NCBI RefSeq assembly: GCF_006345805.1
Contig: NC_043003.1
Coordinates: 37,758,001-37,822,000 of the forward strand
DNA length: 64,000 nt
DNA from: Octopus sinensis
Lineage: Eukaryota
Reading direction: 5' to 3'
This document shows, piece by piece, positions 36,900 to 48,480 of the stretch. The notes under the pieces were generated by a model. That model saw only the letters and a program-made list of their open reading frames with translations. It ran no database searches and was not told the DNA's origin. Position 1 is the stretch's first letter; each line of letters starts with the position of its first letter. A program made the translations under genes and the position numbers.

Positions 36900-38684
36900 G
36901 GTGCAGGTGTGAGAGTGTGGTTTTTATTTTTGTATTCTGACCAGGATTAATCAGTAAAGCTAGGAAGTGTTCTCTTCACCATTGATATAATTTTAATTAA
37001 TTAAAAAAAAAATTCACTCAGTAAGTTAGTCTCCATGTAACTATATGTTCTTCATGCAGAAGGACATTCCTAGGAAATTTCCTCCAGTTATTATTTGAAG
37101 ATGTTAGAATAGTCAATATTTACTCAGATAATAGTCCTAGCAAGGCTATGCTTCACTTAGGAGCTTTTAATACTGAAATACATCTTGAGTTATCACTGTA
37201 TTTATTAAAGTTCAATTTCACTCATTAAATATCACCATTCAATTTTTTAATTAATTCGGATTTCTTGTCCAGAATTAATAATCAAAGTTAATGATTTTTC
37301 TCTTCATGTTGACTGTGTAGCAAGAATACTTGCCCAAGGCCAAAACACCTAGGATTTGAACTTAGATCTCTATATCTGATATAAAAACAACTAAGCAACA
37401 CAAACAAGATTCACTCAATTACTAATGGTGTCAACAAGCATTGACTACTCAGATCTCTGGCAGAACAGGATGTTGTTAATAATTCCGTTTTTTGGTACTG
37501 TTTTCTCATTGAAAGAAATAGTTACATATAGATCCATTTTGTATGCTAACCAGTTGTGTCTGTAAGACAGGAGTGGTGCATATTTTAAGCTTAGCAGTTG
37601 TGAAGCTGTGAATGTGGTAGTCATCAGTCAAAACCATTGGATAATGATGAAGATATTGATAGCACAGCTGAAACCAGCTTCTGTGTTTTTTCTCAACACA
37701 TAAAAACATCACAAATTGTTGAACTGTTTTAACATTTCAGTTTCTTTTTTTAATCCGTAAGTCAGGAGTGAAGGGCAGTGCACATGATCCTATACAGGGT
37801 TTCTGAGACAGGATTTAGGAAGGTATCCTCAAACTGGAGACCTGGTCTGAAACCTTGTAATGAAGTGAACCTTACTAAAGACACCCAAAATGCTGAGGTT
37901 AAACTGAACAACGAATTAAGTCCACCAACCATGTAGGCCACAATGGGATTTGAATTCAGAACACTAAGGGCCATAACAAATACCACAAGACATCAAAATT
38001 CATTCTGTAAGATATCTTGCAGTCCAATGCCATACACTGGTACTTTATTTATAGACCTTGGAAGCATGAAAGACAAAGTTGATCATGGCAGAATCTGAAC
38101 TCAGAATGCAATGCATTTTGTCTGATACTCTGACGACTACCAATTCACCAATTCATTTTTAATAAATACTTTTTGTTTTGTTCTTTGCATTTTACTAACC
38201 CTCACTTAACTATTTCTTCTTGAAGCTGAATGTATCCTGGGAAATTCCTCCCAGTTATTTAGAAATATATACACAGTGAGAACAGAAATGTTATTAGTCA
38301 AATATTAGTGTACAGACATGTATTAGCATTATATATATCCTTCACAAGAATAGTCTCTTTTTAGCCATTGTTATTAGACATTCATTTCTAGTTAGTATTC
38401 TAATGCCTCAGGCATTATCTAAGGCAGAAAGATTATATTATACAACTATCATTATCTGGTCGAATTACTTCAAAAAGAAAAAAAGAAAAAAATGTAACAA
38501 GTGCTGAAAATTAAAGTAGTTAGTTAAGTTACTTCTAAGAAGAGAACATGCAGTGATAGGTGATATAGGATGGTGTGTGCGTGTGTGTGTGTGTTTAACT
38601 AGTGTGAAAATATAGCATCTAATCATATATATATGATATATTGCCAAATGAAATGTCCTCAGTACATTTTCATTCATGTCATTT

Positions 38685-39085
38685 CATTTACTTGTGTCAG
38701 TCATTTGACTGAGGCCATGCTGAAGCACTGCCTTTAGTCAAGGAAGTCGACCCCAGGACTTATTCTTTGTAAGCCTAGTACTTATTCTATCAGTCTCTTT
38801 TGCTGAACCGCTAAGTTACGGGGACGTAAACACACCAGCATCGGTTGTCAAGCGATATTGGGGGAGGAGGGCAAACACAACACACAAACATACACATACA
38901 CATATATATACATGTATATGGCGAGCTTCTTTCAGTTTCCGTCTACCAAATCCACTCACAAGGCTTTGGTCGGCCCGAGGCTATAGCAGAAGACACTGGC
39001 CCAAGGTGCCACGCAGTGGGACTGAACCTGGAACCATGTGGTTCGTAAGCAAGCTACTTACCACACAGCCACTCCTACGCCTATA
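38685..39085 (-). mobile_element. Family A SINE, near full length
   Basis: High similarity to 39425-39825 and 42395-42792. Confidence 0.9.
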
Positions 39086-39184
39086 CACATGGTATTGCTT
39101 TATGCACACATACACACACATGACCCACTATGTTAAACAAATGAAAAACTAAGTCGACTACGTAACTAACCAGAAAGACTTTAA

Positions 39185-39404
39185 CCCTTTAGCATTCAGA
39201 TTACTCTGTCAAGTATAATGCATATTTATTCACATTGTTTTGAATTAATCATGCATTATCTTGTAGCTTTGAGATATCAATGATGTGGTTGTCTATTTTA
39301 AGAATCACATCACAGGGTAGGTGTGACAGGCAAGATCTTGCCAGTCTGAACATAAAACAGGTTGAATATTTTGGCAGGATATGGCTGGTTAAAATGTTAA
39401 AGGG
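39185..39404. mobile_element. piggyBac-type MITE (second family)
   Basis: TIRs CCCTTTAGCATT / AATGTTAAAGGG with TTAA on both sides. Confidence 0.8.
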
Positions 39405-39424
39405 TTAATGTTCTCCAACCTGCC

Positions 39425-39825
39425 ACTCTTTACTCTTTTACTTGTTTCAGTCATTTGACTGCGGCCATGCTGGAGCACCGCCTTTAGTCAAACAAATCGA
39501 CCCCGGGACTTATTCTTTGTAAGCCCAGTACTTATTCTATCAGTCTCTTTTGCCGAACCGCTAAGTGACGGGGACGTAAACACACCAGCATCGGTTGTCA
39601 AGCAATGCTAGAGGGACAAACACAGACACACAAACATATACATACACATATATATATACATATATACGACAGGCTTCTTTCAGTTTCCATCTACCAAATC
39701 CACTCACAAGGCTTTGGTCGGCCCGAGGCTATAGCAGAAGACATTTGCCCAAGATGCCACGCAGTGGGACTGAACCCAGAACCATGTGGCTGGTTAGCAA
39801 GCTACTTACCACACAGCCACCCATC
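39425..39825 (-). mobile_element. Family A SINE, near full length, CpG-rich
   Basis: Complete tail, body and head; most CpGs intact. Confidence 0.9.
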
Positions 39826-40209
39826 ACTTTGGTGTTACATATTGGTGAGTGACTATTTGGCAGTCAGTTAAATAATCCCATTCATATTGTTTAAGATATG
39901 GCTTGCATGTGTCATGTGTCATCACCCCAGTTATGAATGTGAGTGATAGATTGAGGGGGATAAGTGGATGTAGGTATGGCTGAGAGATTAAGGTGTTTGC
40001 TTGATAACCATTAGGTATTGGGTTTGATCCTACAGTGTGGCATTTTGGATAAGTGCATTTACCACAGCTATGAGTCAATCCAAGCCTTCTGAGTAAATTT
40101 GAAATAGACAGAAATTGTACAGAAGCCCATGGATGAACTGTACATGTAATTAAAATGTCCAACTATCTCACACTCTTGTTATGTTGAATCTACATGAGGA
40201 CTGCCTTAA

Positions 40210-40367
40210 CCCTTTTGATACCAACCTGGCTGAAACCACCTCTGGCTCTGTAGTACAAATGTCTTGTTTTCAAAAGTGCTGAATTAAAATCTTCCACAAA
40301 ACCTTAGTCACAATTTGTGTTCCTAACACTAGCTTGAAAGAAACACAGAAATATGGTAACAAAAGGG
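40210..40367. mobile_element. piggyBac-type MITE, internally deleted copy of the 8500-8719 family
   Basis: ttaa|CCCTTTTGATACC...GGTAACAAAAGGG; opposite orientation to 8500. Confidence 0.65.
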
Positions 40368-41232
40368 TTTTAAAGATCCACAGGCATGGCTGTGTAGCTA
40401 AGAACCTCACTTTGCAAGCATTTGGGTTCAGTCCCACTGTGTGGCACATTAGGTGTTTTCTACTACATTCCCAGGCAGACCAATGCCTTGTGACTGAATT
40501 TGGTTAAAGGAAACTGTGGAAGCCATCACGTGTGTGTGTCTTTGTACTCCCATCCCCAAAGTTTGACAACAATTGTTGGTTGGTTTATGTTCTTGTAACT
40601 TAGTGATTCAGTAAAAGAGACAATAGAGTAAGTACTGGATTTGATTAATTACTGTCCCAGCATGACAACAGACCAATGACTCAAGCAAGTAAAAAGTACC
40701 TATGCAATATTGAACTGCTTTGCACTCTAACTCAATGAGTAGATTGCTCATCTGATTGAGCAACTGGATGTTCAGACATCGAAACTGACCTGAGAGTCCA
40801 TTGTATGTTTGGCAGAAACACCATTACAGATATATGATGTGAACAGTACTCTTGTGTAGATCCAGGATATTTGGGCATATAATAGAAGCACTGTCCCAGA
40901 TAGGTAGACAGTCTATATGGGTCTAGGATGTTTGTATATGAATGTGTATAAAAGAAAAAGTGTAGGTTTGTTCAATGATGCAGTACTACATATCTCTTTA
41001 ATGTGAGTGTGCTGAGAGAAATAGAGCTAGGTATAAATACGTCAACACTTGAAAGTGTGCTGCAGATGAGCGCACATGAAAAACTGTCAATGGATTATAA
41101 TGCTATTATGTCATAATAGAACAATTTTAACATTAATCTGTAAGAATTCTAGTAATTATATTTGATTATAAAGCAAGATTACTGTTTCATTTCTGTTCAG
41201 TAAATGAGTTTTGGGTTTATACTATTATTTTA

Positions 41233-41472
41233 ACACAATTGCAGCGTGGAAGGTGTTTATAAGCCATTTAAGAAACACACAAAAGCCGTTCGATTCACTC
41301 CAACATTTAAGTTTAATTTGTCAAAATATTTTCGTCGCTAAAATCCGCGACCTGTTCACTGACAAAGTCCGTGCTGCATCTTAAATGGCTTATAAACACC
41401 TTCCACGCTGCAATTGTTTTCGTTTCAGCACACGATCTCAGATCAAATTACTTGCTATGCGAGTACATCTCC
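41233..41472 (-). mobile_element. Penelope-like short element with hammerhead-like motif (copy 2)
   Basis: 12-bp TSD ACTATTATTTTA (41221-41232, 41473-41484), a perfect 39-bp inverted repeat (41235-41273 / 41379-41417) and a hammerhead-like fold at 41317-41366. Confidence 0.7.
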
Positions 41473-42394
41473 ACTATTATTTTACTTTTTAAAAAAATTT
41501 ATTTTGGTCCTTCGTTTTTGAATTTGGTTTGCAAGATTCTTTATATGAGTCCGTATGTAGAAGCATATTCTGTTGTGTCTGGGGAGAGTAATTTTATTTT
41601 TGTGCCTTATAATGTAACACACTCGCCGGTAAAATTTCCACTTATTTCCAATTTTTATTTTCCTAAAATTTTATTGAAAAGGTTGCAAGACGCAAAGAAA
41701 ATTTTAGGAAAATAAAATAAGAAATAAGTAGAAATTTAAAAGAAAATGACTCTCCTCAGACACAACAGATTATTTTGTTCTATATCACAACAACAGGATA
41801 TAAATTCACATTGAAAAGGAAAAGCAAACAATTTTCATCCACTTGAAAATTCAAAAATACTATTTGCACACTTGCTTAACGCAATTATTCAGCTATGATT
41901 TCTTCCCTTCTGTCTTTAAAAAACCAGCACAGTGTACTACCAAGTGTTAGGACACTGACTGCACTTAACACAGTACCTACTAATCTACTTCCTCACATGT
42001 TTAAATGATCCACTGTAAAGTAGGTTTCATAAAAAATAGAGTCACTGAGCTCTCATGTCCTCTTTGACAAAATCCCAGTTAGTATAGTGGAATGGGTGCC
42101 AACCATAGAGCTGAATGCAAGAAGACTTAAACACAAGATGACTGAATTTAAATGTTCTGAAAAATCAGAATAGCAAAAGCTTGAAAGACCAAAACCTCAG
42201 CATACCCAATGCTTGAAAAACTGAAGATTGAGAATAGCAAATTTTGAAATATCTTAGGGTAAAACTAAGAAGAAAAGCAGTTTTAAAAGGAAATTTATTT
42301 TATAAACATGTTATAACATATTCTAAAAAAAAGTAAATGTATTGCAAAGATAGGGTAATGATGGGATAAGCAAAAATGTAAATGGTTTATTTAT

Positions 42395-42792
42395 TACTCT
42401 TTACTCTTTTACTTGTTTCAGTCATTTGACTGTGGCCATGCTAGAGCACTGCCTTTAGTCTAGCAAATTGACCCCAGGACTTATTCTTTGTAAGCCTAGT
42501 ACTTATTCTATCAGTCTCTTTTGCCGAACAGCTAAGTTACGGAGACGTAAACACACCAGCATCAGTTGTCAAGTGATGTTGGGGGAACAAACACAGACAC
42601 AAACATATACACACTCATACATATATATACATATATATACGACAGGCTTCTTTCAGTTCTGTCTACCAAATCCACTCACAAGGCTTTGGTCAGCCCAAGG
42701 CTATAGTAGAAGACACTTGCCCAAGGTGCCATACAGTGGGACTGAACCCAGAACCATGTGGTTCATAAGCAAGCTACTTACCACACAGCCAC
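42395..42792 (-). mobile_element. Family A SINE, near full length
   Basis: Canonical body. Confidence 0.9.
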
Positions 42793-42976
42793 GAGTATTT
42801 CCTTTCTTAAATTCTTTCATTTTTTAACATTTCACTTCTTTTCTTTTAACATAAACATAAATAGTTGAAAAGATCAAAAGACTAAATTGTGTTTGAACAA
42901 AATGAGACACATGCACATGTTGCTTAACTCCCTTTTGTTTTTACTCTTTTTGCTGCCTTTTTTGTACACAAACTTC

Positions 42977-43336
42977 AGATCTTTTCCCTTTCAACAGCAG
43001 ATCGAGAAATTAATTTTGTAACTAAACACTTTCAAACTTCGGACACTGGTAGAATTGGTCATATAAAACATCTTTAGTGTTGTTGAGAAAAGTGTTGTTG
43101 AAAAAAGTTTCTATTTTCAAAGTAATTTTATTCAGTTGAATACACGTCATTGATCGGTTGAAATTACCGAAATACGACAATTTTAACATGAAAAAACTTT
43201 GAAAATAGAAACTTTTCTCAACAATACTAAGAGTAAAAGATATTTTATATGACACATTCTACCAGTGTCTGAAGTTTGAAAGTGTTTAGTTACAAAAAAT
43301 TACTTTCTCGATTTGCCGTTGAAAGGGAAAAGATCC
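42977..43336. mobile_element. 360-bp long-TIR MITE
   Basis: About 150-bp inverted arms starting (A/G)GATCTTTTCCCTTTCAAC and a perfect 8-bp TSD CAAACTTC (42969-42976, 43337-43344). Confidence 0.85.
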
Positions 43337-44120
43337 CAAACTTCCACTAGATTCATCTCCTTTCTTTCATTAACTGCGTAGCTTTTGTATTGATAATATT
43401 CCTTTGGATATTACATTCAATTGAAAATATTCAATAATGAGAGAAATATTCAATGAACTGTTTACATTTTTGCTTATTCCTTCAATACTGTCTCCTTGCC
43501 ATGCACTTGATAAACTCCTTTTTAAAACTAAATAAAGATCTTTTGAAATTGTTTTCATTATTAATGTCCTCTAAAATATTTCAAAATTATGTATTCTGAG
43601 TTTTGGGTTTTTTAAAAATATTCAGTATTCAGAGTCTCTCAAGCTTATGATATTGTACCTTTTTTTTTTACTTTGGTCATTTGAATTCAGTTATCTCACA
43701 TTCAGCTTTATTGCATTTGGCTTTATGAACCAAATCCATTACAGAACACATAGAAACATGAGAGAGAGAAAACTAAGAACTTGGAAAATTTACATCTACA
43801 GATATTTATCTTCTCAAAGCATCCTACAACTCAGTTTTCTAAATCAGAGAAAAGAAAAATTCCAGAGTTTGATTCGTATCCCTCTTAAAAAATGGAGGAA
43901 TAAAAAGTGTCTTGATTTCATTTTTATAATCATAAGAATCTTTCAACTGACAGCAACAGAACCCGAATCAATAAAATAAACTTTCAGCAGTGAACAAGTT
44001 TAGTAAATCCAACTAAACAGTTTTTTCACTTAAAGAGAAATCAGAACCACAAGTAAAACCATTTAGCTGATCTATTTATCAAATTGTATATAATATATAA
44101 AACACACAACTATATATGTA

Positions 44121-44144
44121 AGTAGACAGACAGACATACATAGA

Positions 44145-44176
<32 letters not shown>

Positions 44177-44206
44177 TATAGATAGATAGACAGACAGACA
44201 GACATA

Positions 44207-44238
<32 letters not shown>

Positions 44239-44345
44239 TATAGATAGATAGACAGACAGACAGATATAGATAGATAGACAGACAGACAGATATAGATAGA
44301 TAGATAGATAGATAGATGGAGAGAGGGAGAGAGAGAGAGAGAGAG
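44121..44345. repeat. Compound (GATA)/(GACA) microsatellite followed by (GA)n
   Basis: Directly visible; recurring ~26-bp higher-order unit. Confidence 0.95.
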
Positions 44346-45326
44346 ACCATGTAGGATTATTGGCATATTGAATATAATACTGAGAAAAAAATGAAAATAG
44401 TTTCACATTTTGATATTAGCTCAACAATATTAGCTGAAGTCAGCTGCAGATCTACATGAAATCAATATGAAAAATGAACAATGTATAAAATGCACACAAG
44501 AAAATGGTATGGGGAGAGAGAGAGAAAGAGGGAGAGAGTGATTGAGAGAGAGAGAGAGAGAGAGAGAGAGTGTGTGTGTGTTTTGGATGTTTACAATTTA
44601 AGGCACAAAAGCTTTTACATGATCAATATATTATTCTAGGGAAGAGAATATCAAAAGCATTGCAAATTATATATATATATCCACATCCAGACTTTGCCAA
44701 CATGGACAAGTAAACAAAATATGATGATCACCATGTTTATATGCATATATTGTATGTACACATATACAGACACACACACATATACAAATGCATACACACA
44801 CATTCATATAAATTTCATTTTTGTATTTACTTTGCAAAATTCTTGACATGTAACCAAGTGCCAAAATAAACATTGCTGTACTTTGCAAGGGTTGTTCTGC
44901 TCATTAAACATATACACTGATTTGTATATCACTTTTTAGTTTTATTATCAATTAACTAATTAACAAATTAATCAATCAATTAATTTGTCCTTTTGTCATA
45001 CTATTATGTGACCATACTATTATGCATTCACTCTGTATTTAATGGCTTCAGGTTCAGTTTCACTACATGGCCTCTTAGACATGTGTCTCCTATAATTGCC
45101 CTGGGTCAACCAAAGCCTTGTGAGTGGATTTAGTAGATGGAAACTGAGAGAAGCCCATCGCGTGCATGTGTGTGTGTGCTCTTGTCTTGACATCAAATGA
45201 TAGTTGCAAGCGAGTGGCATCATTCATTTCCAGCCTTTCATGAAAACATGTCTGGATGAGGTGAATATTTACCTTAGTTGGAAACAGGTGAGAGGTGGCA
45301 AAAGAAAGGGCTATAGAAAAGAGTAA

Positions 45327-45728
45327 GCATTAAGGTGGTGAGCTGGTAGAAACGTTAGCACACCAGGTGAAATGCTTAGCGGTATTTTGTCTGCCAGTAA
45401 AGAGGTCGACTTTACCTTTCATCCTTTCGGGGTCAATAAATTAAGTACCAGTTATGCACTGGGGTCGATGTAATCGACTTAATACCTATGTCTGTCCTTG
45501 TTTGTCCCTTCTATGTTTAGCCCCTTGTGGGTAATAAAAAAATGGGTATTTTGTCTGCCGCTATGTTCTGAGCTCAAATTCCGCCGAGGTCGACTTTGGC
45601 TTTCATCCTTTCGGGGTCGATAAATTAAGTACCAGTTATGCACTGGGGTCGATGTAATTGACTTAATCCCTTTGTCTGTCCTTGTTTGTCTCCTCTATGT
45701 TTAGCCCCTTGTGTGTAATAAAGAAATA
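45327..45728 (+). mobile_element. Partially duplicated family B SINE flanked by one TSD
   Basis: Two tandem bodies; 12-bp direct repeat AGAAAAGAGTAA at 45315-45326 and 45729-45740. Confidence 0.75.
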
Positions 45729-45742
45729 AGAAAAGAGTAAAC

Positions 45743-46893
45743 ATGGCCACTCCGCTGGCAGTGTGCACCAAGGAAGAATATTGATCAGCAATCTGATTTC
45801 TCTGGCCTGAAGATGTGTCAGGGACTGAAATTCATTGCAAGCTTTCAATACAATACGGGAACGGCACTATCACACAGAAGTGTGTATGAATAGATTGAGA
45901 AGTTTAAAAATGGTCAGACAAACATGAAGTACAAAGAGGGAGCAGGATGCACACTGACCTCCATCAATGACATGATGATTCTACAAGCTTGAGAAATGGT
46001 TCTGGCAAACTGATGAGTGACTATTGACGAGGTGGTAAATTCTCTGCAAATTAGTTACAGTTCGTATATGAAATCATCCACAAGTTTTGCTTTATAAAGT
46101 CTGTGCAAGATGGGTACCAAGAGAGCTTATTAAAGTGAATAAGCACAAATGTGTGGATACCTGTCAATGCTTACTTGACTGTGACAATGATAAAGACAAA
46201 GCTTTCCTGGGGAGAATAGTCACAGGCGATGAGATCTGAGTCCATCACTTTGAGCCAAAATCAAAGAAGCAGGTATGGAGTGGAAAAACCTAGAAAATCT
46301 AGCAAAAAGAAATTTAAGACTCAATCTTCTGCAAAAGAAGTGATACTGTTTTTTGGGATGCAAAAGGACCTATACTGAAACATTACTGAGAAAAGGTGTC
46401 TACATTCACCAGTGTAAGCAAAAGTGAAATGCTGGCCAACAAAACTGAAACCAACAATTGGCACCAAATGCTGATTGTCAAGGCAAGTGTTATCGTCAAG
46501 GCAAGTGTTATTGCTGACAAAAATACATGCCCACATAGGGGCCACCCACACAGTTGAAACCATTGATAAATTGGATTTTGAGTTGCTGGAACACCCTGCA
46601 TACAGTCCAGATTTTGCTCCTTCTGACTATCACCTCTTTGGACCACTCACACATCCTTTATGAGGTCATCAATTTGCTACAGTTGAAGAAGTGTAGAAAG
46701 CAGTGCATAGATGGCTGTAAGACCAGCAAAAAAACCTTCTTCTCCAATGGAATAAGCAAGCTTTTGGACCACTGGAAGAAGCCCATCAAAAAACAAAGAG
46801 ACTATGTTGAAAAATTATGTATTTGCTCAACCCCTGCTTTTGTTTTAATAGTTTACAAAAACATGAGTGTGTATAATTTTTAACTTACCCTCA
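45743..46893 (+). pseudogene. mariner transposase fossil with right TIR
   Basis: Frameshifted translation MATPLAVCTKEE..., ARWVP, IVTGDE, HHFEP, HPAYSPDFAPSDYHLFGPL; ends ...aacttaccctca|TA. Confidence 0.92.
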
Positions 46894-47751
46894 TAATTCT
46901 GGAACAATAATCATCAAAAGTCAATCAAAAGGGCGTGCATGTGTGTATTATTTTAAATAACTAGGTAAGTTATAATATACAGGAAGGCTCAACATATGTT
47001 AGTTATAACAGATCATCTAAAAAGAAAGTATGTCAACTTACTCATACTGAAGAAATGAAACAAAACTGAAACCTACTGGTGATAGTTGAGATGGGGTAGA
47101 GGAGAGGTCATTAGACAAAAAAGATCAACAAGATAAGAAGCTTTAAATCCCAGGTGGTAGTTCAAACGGAGGGAGAGGGAAGCCAAGCAAACAGACAGAT
47201 TAATAAATTTATATAGTGAGATATAGAGGCAGGAGGAATGGAAGAGGAAAACACCATTCCCCTCGTTCTTCCCTTGAGCACATAAACCACAAAATGGACA
47301 TCTTGCAGTCAAAGGCTGTAGGTCTAAGAGCAATTAAATGTAAAACAAATAACAACAATCATAATAACAATAATAATTTTTTATGATGGCAACAACTAGG
47401 CAGGTTATTAATACTATTTCCATAAATATCTTTTAACAACAGGGTTTAATAAGCACTGGTAAAAGACAGGATGTTAGGGTCAATGTCTACATGTCATCAA
47501 AAATTATTATTTTCATACCCACACAAATAGGGGTCAAGTTGGTGCAATGTGGAAAAATTGCTGCTGCTTAGCCCCATGTCAGCCCTTAACAAATATACAA
47601 TCAACAAAAGTGTACCCAGAATTAAAATATCTAATGTATCCTTTTACCTAAGTAGGGTGTAATTTGAAGGAAATTGGCTGCTATTTCTAGCAGGTTGAGC
47701 AAATATATAGAAGCAACATCATTAACTCATTGGAATCCAGGCTTTTCTTAG

Positions 47752-47974
47752 CCCTTTTGTTACCATATTTCTGTTACACTACACTTCCTTTAATTCAGTA
47801 AATTTTAAAAATAATAATGAAGTCAGTAGAACACTTTGTCTTTATTAAGCTGGTGTTTAGAACTGAAATTAACATAAAATTTTGACAGGTGGGGTTTAAA
47901 TTTGGATAACTTTAAAACAGGAAGTTTGTATTATAGAATCAGGGGTGGTCTCAAGTTGGTTGATATCAGAAGGG
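47752..47974. mobile_element. piggyBac-type MITE, 8500-8719 family
   Basis: ttag|CCCTTTTGTTACC...GATATCAGAAGGG|ttaa with internal similarity to 8500-8719. Confidence 0.6.
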
Positions 47975-48216
47975 TTAATGCATCCGTGTGCAATGGACAT
48001 TCAGCTCCAGGTACCCTGATTTAACAGACTTCATATTCAGGCATGGCTCATAAGCATACTTCCCAACTACATGATGACATTGGATATCTTTTACTGTATA
48101 TATAGTCTTAAATCACCCAAAGACTTGTGAGTGAGATTTAGTAGATGGAAACTGCATGGAAGTCCATCAGAAAGACTGTTCCTGTTCTTGAGTGGCAAAC
48201 TTAATCTAGTCACACC

Positions 48217-48480
48217 AAGAATATTTTACTATTTTATGAAAAAAAAATTTGTGTCAAATGTGATGGTGTTATGCTATCTGATGTAGTTATGGACTTGTAT
48301 GACAAAGAAAAAGTTTATGGGGTAATATGATAAATATCTTACACTCTCTTCAGAAGAAATTCCATTTCATAAATTTCAGTCTTTACAGAGATGATATCCT
48401 GTTACTTTTTTTCTATGTATAAATCACCATCAACTTGACAAGCTTTGAAAAAACCTAATTTGCTCAATATTTTGAGCTTA
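48217..48480 (+). pseudogene. Penelope-like reverse transcriptase fragment, highly decayed
   Basis: Frameshifted DVVMDLYDKEKV...NILHSLQKKFHFINFSLYRDDILL resembles the PLE RT motif DVTMGSYDGAEVCELVG...GLYRDDGL. YRDD is at 48384-48395. Confidence 0.65.

Larger units (their letters stand above)
42088..43738. mobile_element. Old long-TIR non-autonomous DNA element (MULE/Foldback-like) with nested insertions
   Basis: 42088-42290 is a diverged reverse complement of 43550-43738 (shared gctgaatg, gactgaatt, aagcttga.agac, aattttgaaatat). Confidence 0.5.

Noticed and set aside
47038-47070. Possible 5-nt minus-strand microexon (cttcag|TATGA|gtaagt)
   Set aside because: Too short to distinguish from chance without junction data.
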